The notes beneath the pieces are model-generated. The model made no database searches and was not told the DNA's origin. It saw only the letters and a program-made list of their open reading frames with translations. A stretch of DNA of 64,000 nucleotides from an uncultured Paludibaculum sp. (GTDB lineage Bacteria > Acidobacteriota > Terriglobia > Bryobacterales > Bryobacteraceae): assembly GCF_963665245.2 (NCBI RefSeq), contig NZ_CAXXEY010000003.1:1083895-1147894 (forward strand). The letters are read 5' to 3'. The translations under genes and the position numbers were made by a program. Of the stretch, positions 22,866 to 30,805 are shown one piece after another. Each line of letters starts with the position of its first letter. The first letter of the stretch is position 1.

Positions 22866-22926
22866 GCCGTATCCCAGTCCCAGTCCCCGAGTGAGGTTCC
22901 GCGGAAGGTGAACCGATCCAGATTGC

Positions 22927-24306
22927 TCACCTCGTGGCATCTTGCAACCGAATCGCGGCGAGAAAGCGGAGCACTTTAGGCCACCACTGCGCCTGAACTT
23001 TCGCGGTTGCCTCCGGTGTGCCGCCAATCTCGTCCGCCATGCGACCCCGCAAGCCTGCCGTCGGTAAATAGGTTAAGGGTAGCCAGTGGCCTGCACCTTG
23101 ATACGACACGTGCTCATCCGCATAGGGGTGGCCGTTTCGGCGCAGCCTGTCCATCGCTCGTCCACACATTAACGTGGAAGGCCACTTTCGATCATTACTG
23201 CCAGAGCCGAGCAGAACGGGACCGCGGATTCGCTCCACCGCGATCTGCACATCGTCGCTTTCGGCCCGGCCCAGGCTGTCAATAAACATCGGCTCCAAGG
23301 AGAGCGAAGTGCGAGTGAGACTGGCCCAGACATAACGAGCCGCAAAGCCGGGGGCAATGTGGAATCGGACATAGGGCAACGGCTTGCCCTGATAGGTCCA
23401 GGCAGGCCCACCTGGAAATCCATTTGCTGTCGCGCCCTCCCATCTCACATGGCTGCCAGATACGCCCACAACGCCGTTCACCTCCGGATAGGTAGAGCCC
23501 GCGATCAGGGCGGCCTCGGCGCCTCGGGAGCCTCCAATGATCGTAACCGTCGTGCCTTGAACGCCCGGAAGCAACTGCATGCAGTGAATCGCCCTGCCCA
23601 GGTATTCGACTGGTATTCTTTGCATGCCGGCCGGCAGTCCGTCCGTTCCGAAGTACGCCAAGGCCAAAGTCACGAATCCTCGCGACGCCAGCATGGCGCC
23701 TTCCGGGGTAGGAAACCCGCCTTCTGAACCGCCGAGAAGAATCACTCCGGGATGCTTGTGATCGTCACTTGGGCGGTAGAGGATCCCTACAACGCCATTG
23801 TTTTTGAAAGGTGCCACACGAACGCCTGGCGCCGCGAGATGACGGACGACCTGCGCGGTTCCCAGCACCCGGGCGCCGGAAGCTGCTTCAACATGGGTCA
23901 CGATTGGTTTGAACCAATCGACTAGGGAAAAGAACGCAGGCAAGGGCCGGCACGATCTGTCGGGCTCCATCGACCAGAACAGCCCCATACCGTCGATACC
24001 TGTATACGAGGCGGAGATTGGAGCCTGTGTGGAAAGGTCAATGGATCCATCTTGCCCGGTTCGGAAGACGGCGGAACTGCGCCACCAGCAGCTTCTCTGA
24101 TCTTCCGACGAGGCACGCAGGGTGATGCTGCGATTTGGGGGCAATCCCGTCATCCTGATCGTGACACGCTCGTCCATGAGTGCTGGATTCGGAGAGATCA
24201 GGAAGGCGGCTTGCCATTCATTGTCTGCTGCCAGGGCGTGGCAGTTCGCGTGTATCAGCCATGCCACGGCTAACGCCCGCAGGCCACGAACGATGCTGCT
24301 CTGCAT
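22927..24306 (-). CDS. Acyl-CoA thioesterase/BAAT-family hydrolase with signal peptide
   Basis: LLGGSEGG, GGSRGAE (GxSxG), GAGHW; start re-set to ATG 24306. Confidence 0.88.
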   Translation of the reverse strand: MQSSIVRGLRALAVAWLIHANCHALAADNEWQAAFLISPNPALMDERVTIRMTGLPPNRSITLRASSEDQRSCWWRSSAVFRTGQDGSIDLSTQAPISASYTGIDGMGLFWSMEPDRSCRPLPAFFSLVDWFKPIVTHVEAASGARVLGTAQVVRHLAAPGVRVAPFKNNGVVGILYRPSDDHKHPGVILLGGSEGGFPTPEGAMLASRGFVTLALAYFGTDGLPAGMQRIPVEYLGRAIHCMQLLPGVQGTTVTIIGGSRGAEAALIAGSTYPEVNGVVGVSGSHVRWEGATANGFPGGPAWTYQGKPLPYVRFHIAPGFAARYVWASLTRTSLSLEPMFIDSLGRAESDDVQIAVERIRGPVLLGSGSNDRKWPSTLMCGRAMDRLRRNGHPYADEHVSYQGAGHWLPLTYLPTAGLRGRMADEIGGTPEATAKVQAQWWPKVLRFLAAIRLQDATR

Positions 24307-24432
24307 ATCATCACTGTCAATGTTACGCACGCGGCGCTCGTCATGTTCGAATGAGAATCGAATTATCCATCGAAGCCCCGTTGGCCAGGATGGGCGCATC
24401 GAGAAAACGCAACGTCGGTCAACTCCGGGGCA

Positions 24433-24780
24433 TCAGCGCTTGACGTCGGTTGCGCAGGCCGGTGAGCGTTCGCCACCTCGGGCCAGTGTTGCTTCCAGGG
24501 ACTGCAGCTCAAGCATCGCTTTGCGAAGTATGTCGGCCTGCCGCTGCGGCCAAATGCCGCCATGCCCGGCGTTGTATTCCTTCGCGAACTGGGAGACCGC
24601 ATCGACCAGCGTGTTGAATCGCGCCTCGAAATGCCGTCGTCGCATCTCTTCTCTGGTAGCGGCTTCTCGTTGGTTAGCGCGGATTCGTTCCTTCAGCGCC
24701 ATCTCCGCGGCCTCCGCGGCTCGGGTCCTGTCTATGGGAGCGGCAACAAGCTGAAAGGCAAGGACGAATTGAACCACCAT
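24433..24780 (-). CDS. Small helical, probably secreted hypothetical protein
   Basis: 115 aa directly downstream of arsC; hydrophobic N-terminus. Confidence 0.6.
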   Translation of the reverse strand: MVVQFVLAFQLVAAPIDRTRAAEAAEMALKERIRANQREAATREEMRRRHFEARFNTLVDAVSQFAKEYNAGHGGIWPQRQADILRKAMLELQSLEATLARGGERSPACATDVKR

Positions 24781-24794
24781 GGCTCACCTCGCGG

Positions 24795-25208
24795 CTAGAC
24801 GGCTTTGGCGAAACCTTCGACGCGCTCCCTGATCTGATCGCGGATTCGTCGGAACGCGGCTCTCCTCACTTCTTCCGGTCCGTCCACAGCGGCCGGATCT
24901 TCAAAGCTCCAGTGAATGCGCTCCACCTTACCTGGCAGAATGGGGCAGCTCTCTTTCGCGTTGTCACAGACAGTGAAAACGTAACGGAATTCGTGGCTCA
25001 GAAATTCATCGACCGACTTCGATCGATGATTGGATATATCGATGCCCAGTTCCGCCATGACGGCGATGGCTTCGGGCCGGACCAGGCTTGGTCTCGTCCC
25101 GGCGCTGTGAACGTCAAAGCGGTCTCCAAGATAGTGGCGGAAAAGGCCCTCTCCCATCTGGCTGCGGGCCGAGTTGCCGGTGCAAAGCACGAGAATGCTG
25201 GGCTTCAT
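24795..25208 (-). CDS. arsC: Arsenate reductase, thioredoxin-coupled (LMW-PTP fold)
   Basis: CTGNSARSQM P-loop; TVCDNAKESCP redox Cys pair; HWSFEDPA. Confidence 0.9.
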   Translation of the reverse strand: MKPSILVLCTGNSARSQMGEGLFRHYLGDRFDVHSAGTRPSLVRPEAIAVMAELGIDISNHRSKSVDEFLSHEFRYVFTVCDNAKESCPILPGKVERIHWSFEDPAAVDGPEEVRRAAFRRIRDQIRERVEGFAKAV

Positions 25209-25211
25209 GGC

Positions 25212-25706
25212 TTAGGGCTTCTTGATTTCCTTCTCGTAGTACTCCCGGAATCGCTTGTTGATGTCGTCCCGGACCGCGCGGAACACTGTCAGCTTCTCGG
25301 CATCCGTCCCGCTTGCCTTTGCGGGATCCGGGAATCCGATGTGTGTGCGCACTCCGACCTTGCCACGGAAGGCAGGGCAGGACTTGTCCGCGTCGTCGCA
25401 TACCGTAATCACGTAGTCGAAGGACAGGTTGATGAATTGGCTGACACTCTTTGGAGTCCCGCCAGAGATGTCGATACCCACTTCGCGCATTGCCTGGATC
25501 GCAAAAGGATTGACCCGAGCAGCGGGCTTTGTGCCCGCGGAGAATACCTGCAGTCGGGGATCAAACGACTCCAGGAAGCCTGCTGCCATTTGGCTCCTGG
25601 CCGAATTGCCAGTGCACAGCACAAGAACACGAGCTTTGCCCGCGTCCGCCGCGGGCATCGTAGCTGCGAGCAGACACACCAATACCATCAGTTGCGCGAT
25701 GCGCAT
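25212..25706 (-). CDS. arsC: ArsC/LMW-PTP paralogue with N-terminal signal peptide
   Basis: MRIAQLMVLVCLLAATMPAADA leader, then CTGNSARSQM and TVCDDADKSCP. Confidence 0.85.
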   Translation of the reverse strand: MRIAQLMVLVCLLAATMPAADAGKARVLVLCTGNSARSQMAAGFLESFDPRLQVFSAGTKPAARVNPFAIQAMREVGIDISGGTPKSVSQFINLSFDYVITVCDDADKSCPAFRGKVGVRTHIGFPDPAKASGTDAEKLTVFRAVRDDINKRFREYYEKEIKKP

Positions 25707-25720
25707 TGTTGGAGCCCTCT

Positions 25721-25916
25721 CTACTTACAGAGTTGAACGATCTCTTCAGCCGTGATCATTTTGTTCCTCGCGCAGCATTCCACGCAAAGGAACGTAAGCA
25801 ACTCACAAAAACATAGGTGTTAGCGCTGTAGCGCAGGTTATGATGCGGAGTCTGGGTTCGGTCCCAATGGCGGCGAGCATGTCCACGAAGCGGACTGTTT
25901 GGTCTTCCTGAACCAT
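25721..25916 (-). pseudogene. arsR: arsR pseudogene: HTH core deleted plus a frameshift
   Basis: Hand translation: MVQEDQTVRFVDMLAAIGTEPRLRII / LRYSANT / ELLTFLCVECCARNKMITAEEIVQLCK* in three successive frames; AAGGAG RBS. Confidence 0.85.
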
Positions 25917-25931
25917 TAGCTCCTTCATTAT

Positions 25932-25963
25932 TTCCAAGATAACAGAAATATGGAACATGTCAA
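25932..25963 (-). promoter_or_regulatory. ars promoter/operator
   Basis: - strand TTGACA-16 bp-TATCTT preceded by TG; TTCCA-N14-TGGAA inverted repeat (25932-25955) over the spacer and -10. Confidence 0.65.
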
Positions 25964-26632
25964 GCGGATAGATTGGCTCGGGTGCTGCTGCACCAGGTCG
26001 CTGGGTTCAACTCGAGTCGGCAGTCCTCGCGAACCGCGCGATCATCCCAGCGGGCAAAGTGCCGACGGCTGAGGATCTGCGGATGAGGATCTTGCGATGC
26101 TCACTGGTCGAAGTGCTGGTCATGCTCACGGTCCGCGCGGCCTGCAATCGTACCTATCACTGGTTCGCGTTTGAGCCCGCGTTGGGACTATTGCCGTCTC
26201 GGCTGGATCCTGTGGCGGTAAACCTACATGGGAAACTGCTGTCAGCCTGCTCCGGTGCCAGCTCCAGCGGCGCTTCGGACGGTGAGTGTCCGAGGAGTAC
26301 GTCGAACTCTCTAGCCAGAGGAGCTTCGAATTCTCTGAGGTGCCGGGTGGGGCCGGAAGTGAGAGCCCGCGGCTGCCCGCAGCTCTCATGAATGATCAAG
26401 CCAATCATAGAATACCAAGTTAAATTATTGAAAACAAGACTAGATTTTTGTCCCTCATTCGCTTAGCATCGACCTCACCAAGCACCATTCCTGGTTGTGA
26501 AGCATCGCCCTCCGGAGGGGTTACCTGCGGCACGGGGCTGTGGGAGAACCATGCCTGAGCGGAGAGCCGCAGCCGGAGAGACGGGCGCTTTTTCGACACG
26601 GCCTTTCCATTCAGATCCCAAGGGAGGACTTC

Positions 26633-27670
26633 ATGATTCCGCAAGAGAAGTGCGAGGCAGTGACCCGCGGTCTGCGCGAGGCTTTCGGAGTATCAAAGTT
26701 CGAGGACATCTCGAAGCTCACCGGGGGGCATACCTCGTCCCTCGTCTTTCGCATCGTCGTGGGCGGCTCGCCATACGTGTTGAAGATCATCACGCGTACA
26801 GAGGATCCTACGCGCCACTACACCAGCATGAAGGCGGCGGCGGAAGCCGGTGTGGCGCCGCGTGTCTGGTACACCAGCATCGAGGACAGGATTTCGATCA
26901 CGGATTTTGTCGAGGCCAAACCTCTTGCGATATCGGAGGCGCTGATCAAGTTGCCAGCTCTGCTGCGGACGCTGCATGCGCTGCCGCCCTTCGGTCGGGC
27001 TCCTTTCAACACCACATGTACGTTCCTGCTCAACAAAGGACCGGCCTTGGACGGGTTCCTCCAGAAGTTTCGAACTGACAATATCCTGCCCAAAGCCGAA
27101 AGCGAGGAGTTCTTCGCCCGGTATACGGAAGTGGCCGCAGTTTACCCGTATGACGACGGGGAGATGGTGTCGAGCCACAACGACGTATTCAAACCGGACA
27201 ACGTGCTTTTCGATGGACAACGCGTGTGGCTGGTGGACTGGGAAGCTGCGTTCCTGAACGACCGGTATGCCGACCTGGCAGTGCTTGCGAATCACGTAGT
27301 CACGAATGACGACGAGGAGACGGTCTACCTTCAGGAATACTTTGGCGCGACGCCCGATCGTTACCAGCGAGCCCGATTCCATCTGATGCAGCAGCTCGCC
27401 CATTTGTTCTACTCCATGGTCTTCCTCTCTCTGGGTTCGGCGGGCCAGCCGGTCGATTGGAGTAGAGCCGTGCCCGGCTTCGACGACTATCATCGGCGCA
27501 TGTGGGCTAGGGAAGTTGACCTGGCGGACAACGATGTGCGGCTTACCTACGGCCGGGTTCACTGGGAGCGGGTTGTACAAAACGTGCGGCAGGCACGATA
27601 CAAAGAAGCCCTCAGAATTGTTTCTCAGCCGGAACCAACAGCGAAGGTCATCGCGCTCCGGTCTCTGTGA
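26633..27670 (+). CDS. Aminoglycoside phosphotransferase/choline kinase-family protein
   Basis: HNDVFKPDN Brenner motif, VDWE; GGAGG RBS before ATG 26633. Confidence 0.85.
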   Translation: MIPQEKCEAVTRGLREAFGVSKFEDISKLTGGHTSSLVFRIVVGGSPYVLKIITRTEDPTRHYTSMKAAAEAGVAPRVWYTSIEDRISITDFVEAKPLAISEALIKLPALLRTLHALPPFGRAPFNTTCTFLLNKGPALDGFLQKFRTDNILPKAESEEFFARYTEVAAVYPYDDGEMVSSHNDVFKPDNVLFDGQRVWLVDWEAAFLNDRYADLAVLANHVVTNDDEETVYLQEYFGATPDRYQRARFHLMQQLAHLFYSMVFLSLGSAGQPVDWSRAVPGFDDYHRRMWAREVDLADNDVRLTYGRVHWERVVQNVRQARYKEALRIVSQPEPTAKVIALRSL

Positions 27671-27676
27671 ATTGTG

Positions 27677-27720
27677 CATAAGGACTCGCTTATGTAATGC
27701 TACATAAGCAATCTCTTATG
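27677..27720 (+). promoter_or_regulatory. Twin palindromic operator CATAAG-N6-CTTATG
   Basis: Exact copies at 27677-27694 and 27703-27720; the second ends in the ATG of the ArsR-family gene. Confidence 0.8.
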
Positions 27721-28086
27721 CATCATTCGCCCAATACAGTCTTCAAGGCGGTTGCCCATCCCGCGCGCCGGAGAATCATCGACCTGCTGTCGCATTCGCC
27801 GTGTACGGTCAAGGAGCTGACGGCGTCTTTCACGATGTCTCAGCCAGCCGTCTCCCAGCATCTTCGCGAATTGCGCGACGCCGGGCTCGTTGCCTCCGAG
27901 ACGTTCGGTCCTGAACACCGCTATCGGCTGATCGCAAATCCCCTGCAGCAGGTGTTCGAGTGGACGGCGCAGTACAAACACTTCTTCGATCCCTCCGGCC
28001 ACGCATGGTCGTTTACGCCGGCTGCACCGGACCCCAAGCAGCCCATCGGCGGCAAAAGGAAAGGTGGTCCGCGCAATGGCAGTTGA
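27718..28086 (+). CDS. ArsR/SmtB-family transcriptional regulator (no Cys metal site evident)
   Basis: FKAVAHPARRRIIDLL, MSQPAVSQHLRELRDAGLV; alternative start 27697. Confidence 0.9.
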   Translation: MHHSPNTVFKAVAHPARRRIIDLLSHSPCTVKELTASFTMSQPAVSQHLRELRDAGLVASETFGPEHRYRLIANPLQQVFEWTAQYKHFFDPSGHAWSFTPAAPDPKQPIGGKRKGGPRNGS

Positions 28087-28579
28087 AGGTTCGACGCCTG
28101 ATCCCGGAGTGATCGTGCCTCATCTGGTAGTGCGCGACATGCCGGAGGCGCTTGATTTCTATACCAGCGCGTTCTCGGCCCGCGTTCTCTATCGCTCCGT
28201 CTCGCCGAGTGGTCAAGGGGAGCACGTCCACCTGCAAGTCTGGTCGTCGCTCATCCAACTCTCCACGGAGGAGCCTGACTACGAGCATCGCCGGATGGCC
28301 GGTGCGTTCCTGGCCTCGCCGGAGACCCTTCGAGGGACAAGTTGCGTCTTCCAGGTCGCTGTTCCGGACGTTGACGCAGCCTATCAACGGGCAGTCGATC
28401 ACGGAGCACTTCCAGCCATGCCGCCGGTGGATATGTTTTGGGGTGATCGCTATGGCTGGGTGCGCCATCCCTTTGGCCACATGTGGGCGCTTTGTACCAT
28501 TCAGGAAGTGCTGACGCCCGATGAAGTTGCCGCTAGGATGCGCGCATTCTCTTCTCAGATGAAAGGACATGAGGAATGA
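28076..28579 (+). CDS. VOC/glyoxalase (PhnB-like) protein
   Basis: PHLVVRDMPEALDFY, MFWGDRYG..PFGHMW. Confidence 0.88.
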   Translation: MAVEGSTPDPGVIVPHLVVRDMPEALDFYTSAFSARVLYRSVSPSGQGEHVHLQVWSSLIQLSTEEPDYEHRRMAGAFLASPETLRGTSCVFQVAVPDVDAAYQRAVDHGALPAMPPVDMFWGDRYGWVRHPFGHMWALCTIQEVLTPDEVAARMRAFSSQMKGHEE

Positions 28580-29103
28580 TCAAGGAACTGATTTCGGCCG
28601 TGATGATCTGTGGTGCGCTCTGCGCGCAGCAGCGGCCTGCCCAAAGCTCATCGGCCGATTCATGGCAGGCGTTGCGGTTCCTCGTAGGTACGTGGGAGTC
28701 GAAGACGCACGGCGGATCGGCCAACGCCGAGAGCTCCGGAACCTACACCTTTCAATTGGAGTTGCGAGACCACGTCCTTGCCCGGCACGCCGCGCCGGTT
28801 GCCTGTAAAGGCCCTGCCGGGTTCGATTGCCAGCATGGGGATCTGCTTTACATCTACCAGGACGCTCCGGGGCAGCCGCGGAAGGCGATCTACTTCGACA
28901 ATGAAGGGCACGTGATTCACTACACCGTCACCACCCCTGAGCCGAACATGGCTGTCCTCCTTTCCGATCCAGCACAACCCGGCCCCCAGTTCCGGCTCAC
29001 CTACGGGCTGAAGGGCGGCGTGATGGAGGGAAAGTTCCAGATACGCGTGCCGGGGCAGGACGACTTCCGACCCTATTTGGAATGGGGCGGAGCGAAGAAA
29101 TGA
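28576..29103 (+). CDS. Secreted beta-barrel-like hypothetical protein
   Basis: Signal peptide; LRFLVGTW, AIYFDNEGHVIHY; ATGA overlap with the VOC gene. Confidence 0.75.
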   Translation: MIKELISAVMICGALCAQQRPAQSSSADSWQALRFLVGTWESKTHGGSANAESSGTYTFQLELRDHVLARHAAPVACKGPAGFDCQHGDLLYIYQDAPGQPRKAIYFDNEGHVIHYTVTTPEPNMAVLLSDPAQPGPQFRLTYGLKGGVMEGKFQIRVPGQDDFRPYLEWGGAKK

Positions 29104-29259
29104 TGTTCTGAGTGGAGGTCGCAAAGGGGCTGGCACGGCTGACTGGCCGCGGCGCGGGTCAGTGCCACCGACACGTAGTCGAAAGCTGCTCTGCGTCCGA
29201 GGTGAAACGCCGTCCGCCGCCGCGTCAGGTCGACAACAGCATTCAGGCCTCATCAGAAA

Positions 29260-29997
29260 TCAGCGGTCCGCAACAAACTCCGCCGCGACAACTGCCGGAT
29301 GCTTCGTGCGGGCGTTCCGAAGCGTCCGCATGATCGTGGCGTTGCGAAATCCCGCGGCGCGGAATTCGTCAAGGAATGCACCTGCATCCTTCGCGCCGGC
29401 AATTCACGAGAACCAGTTATCGTTGCCGGACCTTAGGTGCTCAGGCAAGGGGGCACTCAGCACCAGTTCCGCACCCGAAACATGGCCTCCTGGACGAACC
29501 ACGCGGCCCAGCTCACGGAATATCTCTTCTCGAAATGGGTTGAGGTTGAAAATGCCATTGACCAGGGCGACATCGACCGACGAATCGGGGAATGGCAGTT
29601 GCTCGGCGGAGGCGCGCACAAACGACACCTGCGAAAGCCCGAGCCGCCTGGCGGAACGTCGTGCCCGGTCGAGCATGCCCTCACTAAAATCGATTCCGAC
29701 CACGCGACCTCTTCGCCTCACTCGCTGCGCTGCGATGAGGCTGTCCAGACCGGCACCGCAACCCAAATCGATCACGTCCAGTCCGTCACGGAGGGGCGCC
29801 TGCAGAGAAACGCTCGACACACCGGCGAAGGCAGCGACGGCTTCATCCGGAAGTGCGCGCAACAGATCATCCGGGTATCCAAGGTCGCGAGCAAAGACGG
29901 CACCTACGGGAAACGGATGTCTCCCGTCAGGGGCGTCGGCCGCGGCCGAGTAGGCCCTGCGCACTGACTCCCGCAACTCGTGTGAGCTCGTCGTCAC
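29260..29997 (-). CDS. ArsM-like SAM methyltransferase, probable selenoprotein (UGA at 29404-29406 read as Sec)
   Basis: DLGCGAGLD, GIDFSEGM; ...DNWFS-TGA-IAGAKDAGAFLDEFRAAGFRNATIMRTLRNARTKHPAVVAAEFVADR*; UGA aligns with the ArsM C-terminal Cys of xCxGGA; probable GTG start 29997. Confidence 0.85.
29371..29406 (-). other. Bacterial SECIS-like hairpin
   Basis: mRNA: UGA-12 nt-AAGGA UGC [AGGU] GCA (U) UCCUU; 8-bp stem with one bulged U and a G-containing apical loop. Confidence 0.75.
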
Positions 29998-30034
29998 GTT
30001 CTGCCCGCCACTTCGACCGTATTTGAAGCGGACG

Positions 30035-30709
30035 TCATCTCGGCGCCTCGCCCACGGCCACAGGCAATCCATTGGCCCGCCAGTCGGGGACTCCATCTTC
30101 CAGCCGGACAGCCCGAAAACCCTGAGAGCGCAGTAGTCTTACAGCCTCGACCGCCAGGACGCAGTAGGGGCCCCGGCAATAGGCGACGACTTCCCGGTCA
30201 CGCGGGAGCATCGTGAGCTGCGTTTCGAGTTCCTTGAGTGGAATGGACAGGGCACCGGGAATATGGCCCGCCCGATACTCTTCTCTCGGGCGAACGTCCA
30301 GCACGATCACTTCGGCCCGGCGTACGCGGTTCAGCAGTGCCTCTTTGTCGACCGGTTCCATCGACCCGCGATCGGTGTTGAACTGCCGGACAATCGCGTC
30401 GATTTCCGCGAGGCGGCTCTCGGCGAGCGTGCGCAGTCCCCGGTAGAAATCGCAGACCTGCTCGTCGGCGAGGCGATAGGTCACAAACACGCCTTCCTTC
30501 ACCGTCTCGACCAATCGAGCCGAATGTAGGACTCGAAGATGCTGAGAGGCATTGGCGACGCTCAATCCGGCTTCGCGCGCAAGCGCCTCAACTGTTCGCG
30601 GCCCCTGGCACAAGAGGTCCAGCAGTTCCAGTCTGGGCGGACTACCAACCGCCCTGCCGATGCGGGCGAGTTGCTCATAGACGGCTTTTTTTAGCGACGT
30701 TCCAGCCAT
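30035..30709 (-). CDS. ArsR/SmtB regulator fused to a rhodanese domain
   Basis: SPPRLELLDLL..SVANASQHL HTH; DVRPREEYRAGHIPGA and YCRGPYC rhodanese loop. Confidence 0.93.
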   Translation of the reverse strand: MAGTSLKKAVYEQLARIGRAVGSPPRLELLDLLCQGPRTVEALAREAGLSVANASQHLRVLHSARLVETVKEGVFVTYRLADEQVCDFYRGLRTLAESRLAEIDAIVRQFNTDRGSMEPVDKEALLNRVRRAEVIVLDVRPREEYRAGHIPGALSIPLKELETQLTMLPRDREVVAYCRGPYCVLAVEAVRLLRSQGFRAVRLEDGVPDWRANGLPVAVGEAPR

Positions 30710-30746
30710 GCAACGCTCAGGATACTCTGAGTGTAGGTCACTATCA

Positions 30747-30770
30747 TCAAATAATCAATTGAGTGATTGA
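30747..30770. promoter_or_regulatory. Overlapping TCAA-N8-TTGA palindromes in the divergent promoter
   Basis: TCAA(30747)-N8-TTGA and TCAA(30755)-N8-TTGA within an AT-rich 96-bp spacer. Confidence 0.55.
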
Positions 30771-30805
30771 ATATAATACTTTGCATCTGCTATACCGGAG
30801 ACTTC

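Noticed and set aside
26180-26400. Stretch reading ETAVSLLRCQLQRRFGR*VSEEY, faintly DUF4351-like, with an in-frame TGA
   Set aside because: Similarity too short, no start or RBS, and no SECIS-like hairpin at the right distance; at best a remnant
28076-28579. VOC protein as ArsI C-As lyase, given the arsenic context
   Set aside because: No C-terminal vicinal Cys pair; motifs are PhnB-like
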